A stretch of 53,977 bases of DNA, taken from assembly GCA_963575745.1 (NCBI GenBank), contig CAUYUJ010000276.1:62001-115977 (forward strand), read 5' to 3'. Origin of the DNA: Prorocentrum cordatum (taxonomy: Eukaryota). The position numbers were made by a program, and so were the translations under genes. The notes below the pieces were generated by a model. It saw only the letters and a list, made by a program, of their open reading frames with translations, did not search any database and was not told the origin of the DNA. Shown here piece after piece: positions 24,716 to 37,223 of this stretch; position 1 is the first letter of the stretch; each line of letters begins with the position of its first letter.

Positions 24716-24976
24716 GAGAGACTTTTTGCGGTTGTGCTTTGCTCGTCGAGGAGAGCGCGAGGCAGGAGAAAAGAGTACGTAAGGGATGCCGCGTCGCAGT
24801 CGTGAGAAAGAGAGAGAGAGAGAGGGAAACGTGGGAGGGATACTGTCGGGGGGGGGGGCAAGCGAGGTAAGAGAGGAGGTGGAAGACAAGGAGGAGGAGG
24901 AGGAGGAGGAGGAGGAGGAGGAGGAGGGCTGACATACGGGGGGGGAGGGATCGGGGGCATTCCCTTCACCACACAG

Positions 24977-25070
24977 GTAGAGCCCGACGAGATCTACCAC
25001 TTCGGTGGCCAGGCCATCAACAACGTCGGCTTCGATTCGCCACACGTCACCCTCACGGTGAATGTCCTAG
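24977..25070 (+). CDS. RMD/GMD-like SDR, exon C
   Basis: CAG acceptor; VEPDEIYHFGGQAINNVGFDSPHVTLTVNVL-G (PDEIYHxxxQ); GC donor. Confidence 0.92.
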
Positions 25071-25337
25071 GCGCCCAACGGGAGCAGGAGGCTGGGAGGG
25101 GGGATGCGGAGCAGCAGGAGGATTTAGAGGGAGGATGGAGGAGGGAGAATGAGGAGGAGGTAGATGAGGAGGAGCAGGTATCGTAGGGACTCCATGAGGA
25201 GGAGCCGGGAGGAACGAGGAGGCGCAGGCAAGAAGCAGAGGGAGGACGAGGAGCGCTGCGCCCGCCCCAGGCCAGCGCGCGCCTTGCCAGACGTGCGGCC
25301 GAGAAGGGGGGCATTGGGCAGCAGGAGGAGGGCAATC

Positions 25338-25467
25338 ACGACGACGATGGCGACGACGCCGACGAGGACGAGGACGACGACGACGACGACACCGACGACA
25401 ACGACGACGGCGCCGGCGCCGACGACGACAACGACGCCGACAACGACGACGACGACGTCTATGACGC

Positions 25468-25506
<39 letters not shown>

Positions 25507-25576
25507 AGGCCGCGAAGCCGACGACGACGACGACGCGTTGACGCCGACGGCGGCGGCGGCGGCGACGACGACGACG
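25338..25576. repeat. (GAC)n microsatellite followed by an element end homologous to 15605-15916
   Basis: Tandem GAC; downstream CGGGACAAC repeats and ACCGAAACCGATTTCCCGGTAGGG. Confidence 0.85.
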
Positions 25577-26109
25577 AGCCAACGATCTCATGACCCAGTC
25601 ACGGGACAACCTGCTGGCCCCCCTCCCAGGCCAGAAGTGGAAGCCAGGGGACAGCCGCGGGACAACCCGCCGTGGCCCAGTCGCTGACCGGAAGAGGAGA
25701 CAAAACTACCGATTTTGCTACGTTTGGTCAGGGCCGTTCCTCGCCTTTCGCCAGCACGCGCTGCTTTGCCCAGCTCTCACGCACAACGTGAATCGGGCCG
25801 AGACCGAAACCGATTTCCCGGTAGGGTCTCTCTCCGTTTTATTTTGATCCCGCCCTAAATTTCCGATCGACGACCATCAGTGACCTTAGGGCATTCCATT
25901 ACCTGCCGTAGGCACAGTGGCGGACATTGCGAGTGAGTTCATTTCCGATCTGTGGGTCCCCTTTCCCCCTTCATTTGTCTTCCCCGTTCATTGTATATAT
26001 ATATATATACCCGTTCCTCCCTCACCTTTCCTCTGTTCTCTTCATCATCCTCTTATTCGCCTCGGCTATGCTGCCCCTTCTCGTGGCCAGCCTCCTGGAC
26101 CCACACGAG

Positions 26110-26231
26110 GCACCCTGAACATCCTCGAGGCCGTCAGGGACGCGGGGCTGACCAATCGCACCCGCATCTTGCTTGCGGGTAGCTCCACTGAGTACGGCAA
26201 GACGGGCGATGATTGGGAGGGTCCCATCCCA
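26110..26231 (+). CDS. RMD/GMD-like SDR, exon D
   Basis: GTLNILEAVRDAGLTNRTRILLAGSSTEYGKTGDDWEGPIP; AG acceptor, GC donor, phase-consistent with exons C and E. Confidence 0.92.
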
Positions 26232-26520
26232 GCGGTGGTCTTAGAAGCCGTTCTGCGCGGAGGGTTGACGTTGTGGCAGAACATCCGACTCCTGCGCCCA
26301 GCTCACTGCTCTTTCTCTTCATTCCTCATGATATGTCCTCCTCCACTCTGCGACGAGGAGATGACAACATGACCAGAATGAATTGGAGGAGGTCCGTGAG
26401 GAAAGGGATGAGCAGGATGATAAGGATGACGACGACGACGTCGGCGGCGAATGCGATGGCGAGGAGGATATCGAGGGCGCCGGCGACGACAACGACGAGG
26501 TGGAGGAGGACGACGCGCAG

Positions 26521-27080
26521 TTGGCAGCCCCCAAGGGGAGCCGCAAGGTCTAGTTTGGATGTGTGTCGGACACCTCTGTGCTCGACCTCCCAGGAGCCCA
26601 CGAAAGCGGCGACAGTTGTGCGGGTGACAACCCACATGAAGCCGCGAGGTCTAGTCTGGATGTGCGTACGACACCACTCCGCTCGATCTCCCACGAGCCC
26701 AAGAAAGTGGCGACAGTTGCGCACGTGGCAGCCCCCCGTGCGCCACGAGGTCTAGCCTGGACGCGCGTAGGACACCACTCCGCTCGATCTCCCATGAGCC
26801 CAAGAAAGTGGCGACAGTTGCGCACGTGCCAGCCCCCCAGTGCGCCACGAGGTCTTAGTCTTTGCGTGTGTCTGACACCACTCCCTCCTCCTCCTCCTCC
26901 TCCTCCTCCTTCTCCTCCTCCTCCTCCTTCTTGACATCGCAGGACCCCGCACGAAAGTGGCGACTGTGGCGCAGGAGGCCGTCCCCCAAGGAGAGCCGCT
27001 GTAGTCTGGATGTGTGCTGGACACCCCTCCGCTCGATGTGCCTGGAGCCCATGGGAGTGGAGACTGTTGCGCAGGTGACC
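26521..27080. repeat. ~101-bp minisatellite, about 4 units, interrupted by (CCT)n
   Basis: GGTCTAG-type anchor at 26547, 26648, 26749, 26851; shared GAAAGTGGCGACAGTTGCGC. Confidence 0.88.
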
Positions 27081-28017
27081 CCCCCCCCAGGGGCGAGCGC
27101 GAGAGGACAGGAAGCAGGGATGCAGTCGGAGCAGGCTGGCCCCCCCCCCTCCCCCCCAAGGACGAGCGCGAGAGAACAGGAAGCGGGAAGCAGTGATGCA
27201 GTCGGAGCGGGCGGGAGGAGGAGGAGGAGGAGGAGGAGAAGGAGAAGGTCGCGCAAGCAGCGGTCTGTCGAAAGCAAGAGTCTCAACGACACGGGGGTGG
27301 GGAAACATCACAGTGACGGGAGGGGCAACAGGACAAAGAGGGGATGGGAGGAGGGAACCAGGAAGGATGGAAGATGACGGATGACGTAATAGGGATGAGT
27401 GAAGAGGATGAGGAGAAGCAGGAGGACATCTAGTGAGGGGAGGAGGCGGAGGAGAACATGACGGAAGACGCGGAGGCGGAGGAAGAGGAGGAAGAGAAAT
27501 GAGGAGTGAGCAGTTGAGGGCGGAAGTGAGCGACGCGGGTGAGGGAATAGGGGGAGGGCTAGGTTGCGGCCGTCACATTGGCGCAGTAACAAACTGAGTA
27601 ATCTTGATTCCCGACTGACCCTGGGCCTTCCAATTACCATGTTCCCCAAATAGTGTTTGCACCTAGGGATTCTTATTTGTTTTCTCATGAACTGGGCCTG
27701 CGTGTTGATCCGGCGGCTATGTCGCCGCCGTCGACGCCTCGTCGCCGCCCGCTGTTTGGTCCTGCGTGTTGCGCCTGGCGGCTATGTCGCCGCCGTCGCC
27801 GCTCCGTCGCCTCCTCGTCGCCACCCGTTGTCTGAGCCTGCGTGTTGTTTCGGCGGCTATGTCGTCGCCGTCGCCGGTCCGGCGGCGCCTCGTCGCCTGC
27901 CGTTATCTGGGCCGGTCTGTCGGTTTGGCGGAAATGTTGTCGCCGTCGCCGCCCCGTCACCGCCGTCGCCGCTCGTCGCCGCCGTTTGCCTACACCACAT
28001 AGATTGCCTGGCGACTC

Positions 28018-29345
28018 TTTGCATTGTGTTTCATTGCTCTGCGCTGCTTAGCAGCGCTTGGCATTGCTTTGCATAGCTTTGTCTTGCATCGGTTTGCATT
28101 GCGTTTCATTGCATTGCTTTGCTTTTCATTGCATTGCTTTGCGCTGCTTTGCATTACTTTGCGTTACTTTGCACTGCCTCGCGCCATTGCGTTGCAATCG
28201 TACTGCTTTGCAGTCGTATTGCAGTGTGCTGCTTTACCTTGATGTGGTTTGCATGGCCTTGCATTGGATTGATTTGCAGTGTAATGGGCTGCGTTGCTTT
28301 GCGTTTCGTTGCATTTCGGAACATCGCCTAGCTTTGCTTTGCATTGTTTTGCATTGCGTTGCTGTGCCCTGCGTTGTCTTTCATTGTGTTGCTTTGCGAA
28401 GCGTTGCATGACATTGTTTCGTGTTGATTTGCGTTGGTTTGTGTTGCTTGGCTTTGCTGTGCTTTGCTTGGTCTTGCTTTGCATTGCTTTGCAGTGCTTT
28501 TCAGTGCGTTGTTTTGTCTTGCATTGTTTTGCATTGCTTTACATGTATTGGTATTGTATTACAATGCTTTGTGTTGTTTTGCGTTGCATTGCATTGCGTT
28601 GCTTTGCCTTGCTCTGGCTTGCGCTGCGTTCTTACTGGGGCGCGTTCAGTCTTCAATCGGAGTACAATCGAGATATATTCCCAAACCACATCTTGCACCT
28701 GCGGGCTCTTAGCTCGTTCTCTCGTTTTCTCAAGAACTGGGCCTGCGGGCCGCTCTGGCCGCCACGTCGCCGCCTCGTCGCCGCCCGTCGCCGCCCGTCG
28801 CCTCGGCCTGCGGGCCGCTCTGGCCGCCACGTCGCCGCCGTCGCGGCCTCGTCGCCGCACGTCGCCGCCCGTCGCCTGGACCTGCGGGCCGCTCCGATCG
28901 CCCAGTGGCCGTCGTCTCCGCAAAGCTCTCCGCCTCGTCGCCGCCCGCCGCCTCGTCGCCGCCCGCTTGGTTTTGCTTCGCATTGTTCTGCGCTGCCTGG
29001 CGTGTCTTTGCATGGCTCTGCTTGGCACTGCTTGGCACGGCGCTGCATTGCTCTGCGTTGTATTGCACTACTTTGCACCACTGTAGTGGTTCACCTTGAT
29101 GTGGTCTGCATTGCTGTGCATTGCTGTGTCGCGCTTTGCATTGCTCTGCGTTGGTTGGCGTTGCTTTGCGTTGCGTTGCAGGAGATGGCTACGCCTTGCT
29201 TTACAATACTTTGCGTTGCATTGCATGGCTTTACATTGGTTCGCACTGCTTCACAATGCTTCGCATTGCTTTGCATTGCCTTGCATTGTGCTGCCTTGCT
29301 TAGCTTTGTTCTGAATTGCTGTGTATTGCTTTGCATTGTTCTTTT
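28018..29345. repeat. Degenerate (TTGCA/TTGCT)n pentamer satellite, split by a GC-rich (GCCGTC-type) insert at ~28640-28968
   Basis: 5-bp periodicity on both sides of the insert. Confidence 0.9.
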
Positions 29346-31140
29346 CACATCTTTTCACTACATAGCTTGGACCACACGGATTGCACCATCTAGATTGTAT
29401 CCCATTGACTGCACAACCCAGTTTGCTCCGCATGGACTGCAAGAAACCACTGTTTGGGGTCCACGCTGGCTAACGTTTTATTTGTCGTTGTGCGATTGCC
29501 TCTTCTGCCCAGTATCAGTCTTCCCCCCCTCCCCCCTCCTGCTTCTGGCGCTCCTCCTGATCATCTGAGCTCTCCTCCTCCTCCTCTGCCGGTGGCCCGG
29601 GACCCGTCGATCAGGACCCGGTTGGGCCGCCGGACCCGCCCGACTTGTCGGGATCGGGATCGGGATCGGGGCAGTCGGTCTGGCCCTCGATCGGCAGGGC
29701 GCTGCGTGTCCCTGCTGCTTTGGGCGAGGGGCCCGCGGTAGCCATTCTCGAGTGGTCTTCGGCCCATCCCGCCTCGTTGAGCTCAGCCACGGGGGCACGC
29801 GGGAAGCTCCGGCAGATCTCGGAATCGGGGGTCTGGGCCCCAGGACGGAGGACCGAGGCTCCAGGGATGTGGCACAGGACCTGAGGACACGCCCACTCGG
29901 TGTCCAGAGGCACGGTGGCGGATGTATTCGACAATGGCCAGTTGTATGCAGGGTGACGCTTCCGCGAGGCATAGTTGGAGCCAACGACGCCTGCTCAGTG
30001 GACCGTCCGCCAACGCGTCGCAACGCGAGCGAAACCATGTGCAGCAGGCTGCGAAGGGGAGGGGATGGCGGAGGAGGATGCGAGGTCGATGAGAGGAGGT
30101 GGAGGAGGATTGGCCCCCCGTGGCCATGGGGCGTGACTGTGCGCCCTCCGATGGCAGAACGGTTTATGGCGCTGCTGAGCGTTGTTGGGTGGGCCTTGTG
30201 GGGACGAGAGCCGCCCAAAGACACCCGCCAATGCCGAGGTTCGAGTCGACACAGACCGACACCCTCCCGATGCGACGGCTCGGGTCAGCAGGTAGCCGCG
30301 AAGCGGACGGGTTTATGCATGGTTCCCTCAGGCGCGGGCTTCAGAAGCAGACGACTCGGAACATTCATGAACCAATCTGCTGCATCAACCGCTCCCTGGG
30401 TTTTCGCATTGGCGTGCCCAGAAGCAGAGACGCCCTGCCATCCACCGCTGTGAAACAAGACCAGCGCGCATCCATTGTGCCAAGATTTCGTCGGCCCATC
30501 CGCGGCGGAAAGCGTACGTCCCCCATCTGGAAAAAACGGGGAGGAAAGTCAAAACGCCGCACGCAACCTTCAGAGATGCGAGTGCGCTCCACTATGAGAA
30601 ATTAGCACAAGGCGCCATTCGCGGGGACGGCGTTTCAGCGCGCAAACCCAGCAATGAGGCGGCGCTTGCAATTCGCAAGCACATCGCCGTGTGACGGCAA
30701 CAGACTGCTGTCTTGTGAAACCATACTTTCGCCTCCCAGCGCCCGTCCTTTGCTCCGACATGCACGGAAGAGTGGCTGCTCTCTTCAGTCAAGGGAATGA
30801 TTTCCGACCCGTAGCGGAAGCAACATTGACGCGCAACTACGAAGCTATCAGCCAATTATGTTTGTTCCCGCTGTGGCACAAGTTGCCAAAGCACTTCGTC
30901 TGATTTGCGGACGCTCTCGGGCCGAAGCGCTCGTTGTGGTTCGCCTGGCCCGCCCCGCGGGCTGGTCCGACAGTGTTCGCCAAGCGACCCAAATCTGCAT
31001 CCGGAGCACAGGCCGCACTTGTCCACAATATGTCAAGGGAGCCTGCCATTTGGAGCAGCAGCGACCAGTGCACCCAGTACGCCATCGCTGGGCGGCCAAG
31101 GGTCGAAGGACAGTTTCTCTGAGAATTCCCCCCCCACAGT

Positions 31141-31315
31141 TGTTCGGTAGCAAACCATGGGAGCCTGGTATACCCTCTTAATTCCGTCTTCAGCGTCGAA
31201 TAGCGTCTGGAGGTCGATGATATGTGCCGATTTAGCGCAGGCTAGCGTCGACCAGCGTCGATTCGCAAGAACCGACAAGATGGCATGGAAGGCTCCCATG
31301 ACCTGCTACCGAACA
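31141..31315. mobile_element. MITE family B; second copy 32693-32919
   Basis: TIR TTCGGTAGCA...CATGGGAGCCT / AGGCTCCCATG...TGCTACCGAA; shared interior GCGTCGA repeats. Confidence 0.8.
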
Positions 31316-32312
31316 GCCGAACTGGACACACGCACTTGGTGCGGCTTGTGTGCCAGCTCTGACACTCCCGCCGTGCCGATGCACAGAGTGCACACATCGC
31401 CTGCAGCTCGGCGCGCCGCGCGTCCTGTGGGCTCCACGACGACTCCATACTTGGTGCGGCTGCGGCTTGCGCGCCAGCTTTGACACTCCCGCCGGACCTT
31501 ACCACTCCCGCCGCACCGAGTCACCGCGCGTCCTCTTGGCCCCCCCTGGCCGTTTCGCAGCGAGGCCTCGGCCCCCTCGCGGCCAGAGCCGAGCCCCGTC
31601 TGCCGGAGTGCGGGCCACGGCCTGCCGGCACCTGCCGGTGCGCGCGGCTACGGACCCTGACCCGCCACGAGGACTCAGCGGAGGCCCATGCCAAGAAGCA
31701 CCCTGCTTGCCTCCAGGGTGCCCTGGGCTTCTTGGGTTCCGAGGGTTTTGCGATGGAGAGCGCGGCATTCCCACACCAGAAATCATGGCTGGGGTCTCAG
31801 GGTGGGGTTTCTAGTGGAAGGTCTCTTGTGGACCGGCCTCCACTGTACAGTCGAGCATTTGCTTTGGACACCTCCTTCTGGAAAGCTGGGCCAGCGCTTC
31901 TGAAACAAGACATGCCAGAAAGCAGGCCCAGTTTCTGGAGCACGTTCGCTCCCCCAGCGTTAACAGCAGAGATTGACCTGGGCTTATTTCGAGACTTTGT
32001 TTGGAAGCTGGCCCAGCATCTGTGAGTCATCCTTTTCTTTATCACACTTTCGCTCCACCAGCCTTGCCTGCAGGACTTCCTCCGAGCACGTCGCCCGGCC
32101 AGCAGCGGCGTCAGCGCCGGGGCCGCTGGCCGAGTGGAGCACCCAAAGCGGCTAGACTTCTGCCGCGGCTGGCGGGGAGCATGGAGGCGGCACAGTGCGA
32201 CGATGAGGTTTTGCAAGACCCCGCGCAGCGGCCAGCAGCCACACCTCGCGAGTTTCCGATGCCGCGCTTTGGCTTGCGACCAGGGGCCCCTGATAGAAGA
32301 AGGATGAGCCGT

Positions 32313-32477
32313 CATAAACATAAAACTGTTGGCGCTCCGCGCGGATTTCTTGGCTCCGCGCCAGGCCCTCCTCCTTGGCGAGCGGAGCGCGCCGGGGGCG
32401 GCGCCAGAGGCGCCGCCAGGGGGCCCCAGCGCGGATTCAAGAACTCCGCGGGGAGCGCCAACAAATTTCTGGTTATG
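32313..32477. mobile_element. MITE family C; inverted second copy 33797-33953
   Basis: TIR CATAAAC..TGGCGCTCCGCGCGGATTTCTTG / CAAGAAC..GGGAGCGCCA..TTATG. Confidence 0.8.
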
Positions 32478-32924
32478 GCGTTGTTTCTTCTTCTGCCGGA
32501 GGCGCACCGGACAGAGCGCACAGCGCTAATGAACGATCCCTTTTTCCTTTTGTTTGCCTTCGCGCGACCGCCACACATGCACAGAGACTGCCTGCCCCAC
32601 GACGTGCCCGCCGGCCCTGTGCCGGGCGATGCTCTTGGAACCCCGTCGGTTGCCGATCGAAGCTCGACCACCACCCTGGCCAGGGTGCCTTTAATTCGGT
32701 GGCAGATCCTCGGATCCGTGTCTACCCTCGCAATTCCGTCTTTAGCGTCGGTAAGCGTCGACGAGCGTCTGGGAGTCGATGATGTGTGCCGCTTCAGCGC
32801 CAGCTTGCGTCGATGATCGTCGATGTAGCTTCGATGCGCGTCGATATCGCTTCGACCAGCGTCGACTTGCAAGAGCCGACAAGATGGTATGGGAGGCTCC
32901 CATGAGCTGCCACCGAATTTGAAC

Positions 32925-33090
32925 GGGAGGAAAACCACCCAGGCCCGATGCTTGACGTTTGCGAAACGGCCCTGGGCGTTCACTGAGCAGCCCTGCCCTG
33001 TCTGATCCCTTCTTCGCGTGCGTCTGCTGAACATACTCGCGTGTCGGGGTGATTAAGATGAGGGTGGCTTTTCTGCTCTCAATGCCCGGC
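32925..33090 (+). repeat. Dispersed repeat; second copy ~41835-42004
   Basis: Shared AAAACCACCC, AACGGCCCTGGGCGTT.ACT.AGCAGCCCTGCCCTGT and GTGTCGGGGTG. Confidence 0.8.
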
Positions 33091-33111
33091 TGAGAGCAGG
33101 CCAGCCACAAC

Positions 33112-33224
33112 TGGGGGAGCTGTGGTCCTTACCCCCTTGGAGGACCCATCGATTTCGACACCCCTCTCGAGAGATCGTCGATGCGATGGGTGCCTCCAGG
33201 GGGGTAAGGACCACAGCTCCCCCA
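33112..33224. mobile_element. Near-perfect fold-back (hairpin) element, ~40-bp arms
   Basis: TGGGGGAGCTGTGGTCCTTACCCCC..GGAGG.ACCCATCG / CGATGGGT.CCTCCAGGGGGGTAAGGACCACAGCTCCCCCA. Confidence 0.85.
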
Positions 33225-34307
33225 ATTATGGCTGGTCGGGAGGGTTGCACCCCGCCCCAGCCAGGCGGCTCTGCCGGGCCAGCGCACACAGCCCACCGGC
33301 ACGACGGCACGGCGGCACGGCACGGCACCACGTCGCGGTGAGTGGCGGCACGCTGCCGGCTGCCCATCGGAGCTCGACCACCGCCTCGGCCAGGGTGCCC
33401 GGCTGCAGCCCGCACCGCCTGGCCAGCGCACAGTTTTTTTTTTTTTGATCCGCGGGTCGAGAGCGCACCTCTTCCGGTCGAAGCTAAGCGGGCCGCGCGA
33501 AGCTTGAATCGGGCGGAGAAGAGGACAGGGCCAGCGCACAGCCGACCTGCACGGCGGCGCGGCCCAAGGGGCCACGGGCACGGCACGGCACCACGGCCTG
33601 GGCGAGGCACGGCACCGCGGCAGATCACGGCAGGGCGGCCTGGCTCCACGTGACGGCACGGCACCACGGCGCCACGGTTCTGCGTTTTCTCGAGAGAGGC
33701 CGCGAGCCGCCGCCTTCCAGGAAGGCGTAATGAGCTAAATTCGAAGAAGAAGGAGAAGAAGACGAAGAAAGCAAAATCATAATATAAAACTGTGAACATA
33801 AACGTTTGGCGCTCCGCGCGGATTTCTTGGATCCGCGCTGGGCCCCCCCGGCGGCGCCTCTGGCGCCGCCGCTGGCGCGCTCCGCTCGCCACGGAGGGGG
33901 GTCCAGCGCAGATCCAAGAACTTCGCCGGGAGCGCCAAGAGCTGATGTTTATGCTTTTTTCTTCTGCTAGGAACGCATACTGGGCTAAATGACTACAATT
34001 GCAGCCGCCGCCACTGCTGCCAGTCCTCCTGCCGCTACTTCACGAATGTGGCTCAAGCGGAGACACGTGGCAAGCACGAGAAGGAAACGGAGCAGTCCAG
34101 ACGAGAAGAAGCAGGATAAGCAGCAAGACGTTGAGGAGATGATGATGGCAAGGAGGGCAGGAGGGAGAGGGAGGAGGATCAGGAGGATGAGGAGGAGGAG
34201 GACGAGGAGGAGGAGGGGGGCGGACGATCCCAAGGAGAGAGACAAGAAAGGATGAGCACGTGGAGTAAAGGCCTGCGGGATGGCAGGATACAAATGGTAC
34301 TGCTAAG

Positions 34308-34378
34308 GAGGCGGCGCCGCTGGTTCCCGTCAGCCCCTACGGAGTGAGCAAGGCATCGGCGGAAATGCTGGCAACACA
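34308..34378 (+). CDS. RMD/GMD-like SDR, exon E (catalytic YxxxK)
   Basis: AAG acceptor; EAAPLVPVSPYGVSKASAEMLAT(Q); 3' boundary uncertain (probable CA|GT donor). Confidence 0.88.
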
Positions 34379-34600
34379 GTATCTGCAGAGCCTGGCGGCA
34401 TGGCCCTCATACCCGTCCTTGGTCAGACGTTGCTGGTGTTTCCTACCGTCGTTCTCATCGCCCCCCTCCTCATCGCTTCTCGCCCCCCTCCCCTCACTTC
34501 CTCTGGTCGTGGACAGAAATCACGACGAGCAGTTTTTCGCTGTTGTCGACTTCCAGGTGGCGCTCACCAGTCCCCGGGACCGCACAAAAGATTTCAGCCA

Positions 34601-34890
34601 CGCGCAGAGGGGGGTGGGGGCAGGGGGGAGGGCTTCTTAGAAGCACCCCTGCTTCTCAGAAGGCGCGGGTCTTATCTACAGATGGAAGGCAGGCGCCTTC
34701 TAAGAAGCAGCCTCCTTCCAAGAAGTCTTCCACCCTCCCCAGAGGTCCGACGTCATGATTTGTTCAATACGAGGTCCCCAGAGGTCCCGGGGCCCGGCGA
34801 GGGCCCCTTGAGGCCGAAAATTCGGAAAAACCTGCGTCTTGACTTTTTCAAGACGTTGGATCTCAGGGTCCCTCCACCCCCTTGTGCGCA
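34601..34890. mobile_element. MITE family D carrying a nested family E MITE (34738-34868)
   Basis: Uninterrupted D copy at 51668-51824. E TIR CCCAGAGGTCCGACGTCATGA / TCAAGACGTTGGATCTCAGGG; further E-like sequences at 35115-35249, ~46676 and ~52440. Confidence 0.7.
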
Positions 34891-37223
34891 CCGCCAGAGA
34901 ACAGCAAACACCGCTCCCGGAGAGGGGGTCCCGTCCTCTGGGGGACGACGCTGCGAAGCACACGCGACGTCGGAAGCACGGGTGCCTCCTCGCCCCCTCT
35001 CCCCAGTGGCAGCGTGTGCCTCCACTCTCGGATGACTGCCCGAGCTCGTCTTGCCTGCCTGGCCTGCCTCCTGCTTCCTCGCCTCGGGTATGGCCGGGAC
35101 CCCAGCGGAGGGGGCCCAGAGACCCAACGCATTGGCAAAAAAGCCAAGGCGCAGGCCTCTCGCCCTGCTCGGCCTCGCCGGTCCCTGGGGAAGGGGCCGA
35201 GACCTCCGGGGACCCCGCACTGAAGAAATCATGACGTCGGATCTCTGGGGCAGGGCCCCAGGGCCGCTACACTGGCCAGGATCACCAAACCGGGTCTGCC
35301 GCAGCTGGTGCTTTTTCGGGCGACGGCAGCTCCTGTCAGTGGAACGGGGCGGGGGGGGGGGGGGCGTCCCCCAGGACGCATCACTAAACCAGGTCCCGCT
35401 AAACCCAGTTCTGCCAACGCCCGATCGTCTTCTTCCGACCACAGACGTGCCTGGCCCAAATTCATGTGACCGTTTTTTATTCGGCGTTTCGACATTGGGC
35501 GGAAGGGGGGGGAGTGGAGGGGGGTCTGGCTCCGGACCTCTGCTTAGTGCGGCTGTTTGCGACAGTGCGTCCTACGGGGGAGGCTCCACTTGCTCGAAAC
35601 AGGCGCCAAAAACAGCCAAGATCTACTCCACGGGGGAGGGGGGGGGGTGCGAGGGCCCGCGTCGATCGGCAAAACACTGAATAAGAAAACGATCACCAGC
35701 CTCCCCCCACTCGCCTTCTCGCCCACGCGCCTCTGCACCCCGCCCGATATCCCCCGCGAGGAGTTCGCTCTCGGGGTAAGCAGTGCGCTCACTAAGTAAC
35801 TAATCCCTTCACCGGGCGCAGATTCAAGGCCACGGTGCAAGAGGCTCGTTCTCCGGTAACGCTGACTACGAAGCCAACATGGTGTGTCGTCCTCCCTGGA
35901 ATCCAGTGCGAATCCCATCAGGCGATGCAGAGGATCCTGAGCGCTCTTATTGCCATCCTATGTGTGGCGATGGCGCTGGTGACCGAGAGGAAGACGAGCA
36001 CGAGCGCGCGCAGGAAACACAACAGCGCACACGACAAGTTGCTGCGCGATTCCTTCTGACGATGGGGCGCGTTGCACCTGCTGGGAACGAATGAGTCCTC
36101 CACGGGAAGCTCCGATGGCGGAGGAGGTAGCGAGGGAAGGCGAGGACTCTCGGGCGTTCTTGGAGGCCTCCTGGAAGCTTTTCAGAAGCCCCGCGGCAGC
36201 TCCTCAATCTCCTCTCAGAGGGCCTCCCGGAAGCCGGTCTCAGGCTGCCTCGTGTCACACGCAGCTCGAGTCGCTTCCCGGGGCCCGGCGCAGGGCCGCG
36301 CGCGGCCCGTGGAGGCGGGTGCTCCGCTGCGGCCGCGGGCTGCGGCCACGGGGTTCTGCAGGCGCGCGCTGCCTCCGTCCCTCGCACGCGACACGCGCAG
36401 CAGCGCACCGGGGATTGGGCGTGGGAGCACGGAGCTCGGATGCGTCCAGAGGAGGCGGGGCCCAGAGGAGAGAGGGTAAGACGCAGCGGGCACTGGCTGC
36501 CGTCGCGGGCACTGATGTTGCGGTCAGGAGCTTGGGCTCCGCGCGTCGTGCCGCGGGCGGGCCCATGGCGTCCCGGACTCCAGGCCTCAGCGCTCCGAGC
36601 CTTGCTCAGCGTCCCGCATCGTGGAGCGGAGCGAGATGTACGCTGTCCGCTTGCATGGCTGCAGGGCATGGCCCGTAGTCGAGGGCGCCGCCGTGGCACG
36701 CAAAGCAAAAGTTCCTGACTGCAGGCAGGGCCTCAGGTGGGGGCGGACATCTGGGCAGTTATCAGAAGCACCCGAGCTTGGAGCACGCGCGCTGCAGAGC
36801 CATCCCTGTTCGGACTGGGCCCTGGCGTCTGTCAACCAAGGTGGACAATTTTTTACCCCTAGCCAGCATCATCAAAATCACGGTCATCACCAACCATGCT
36901 AGAATATGTTGGGGGGGCTGGCATTATCATGCACAGAAAGTTGCAGTTGATGACCGTTTCATCAAAGTGGGGAACGCACGCAACGGTGGCATGGTCACTG
37001 TTGTCGCGATAACGGTCGTTCTGAGGGCGCCAGGAAAATGGCGCGACGAACCGTATTCCAAGTTTCGTACAGTGGGGGCGCGTATAAAGAAACCGGATGT
37101 TTTTCGTCAGGGCATCTTGGGTTTCTTCGCTCCGCGCGGCCCGCGATGGTTTCCCGCGGGCGTCAAGAAACGCTCGCGTTCAGGAAACCCTGGGTTTCCT
37201 CCCGATTCCACCTCGCGGACACA

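Noticed and set aside
28294..29568. Cys/Leu-rich 424-aa membrane-like ORF (also ORFs at 15026-15921)
   Set aside because: Translation of TTGCA and TCGATTTGCAT satellites.
30480..30900. BED-finger/hAT transposase remnant (RTSPIWK)
   Set aside because: Single weak motif with no supporting Cys/His pattern or DDE region in any frame I could read.
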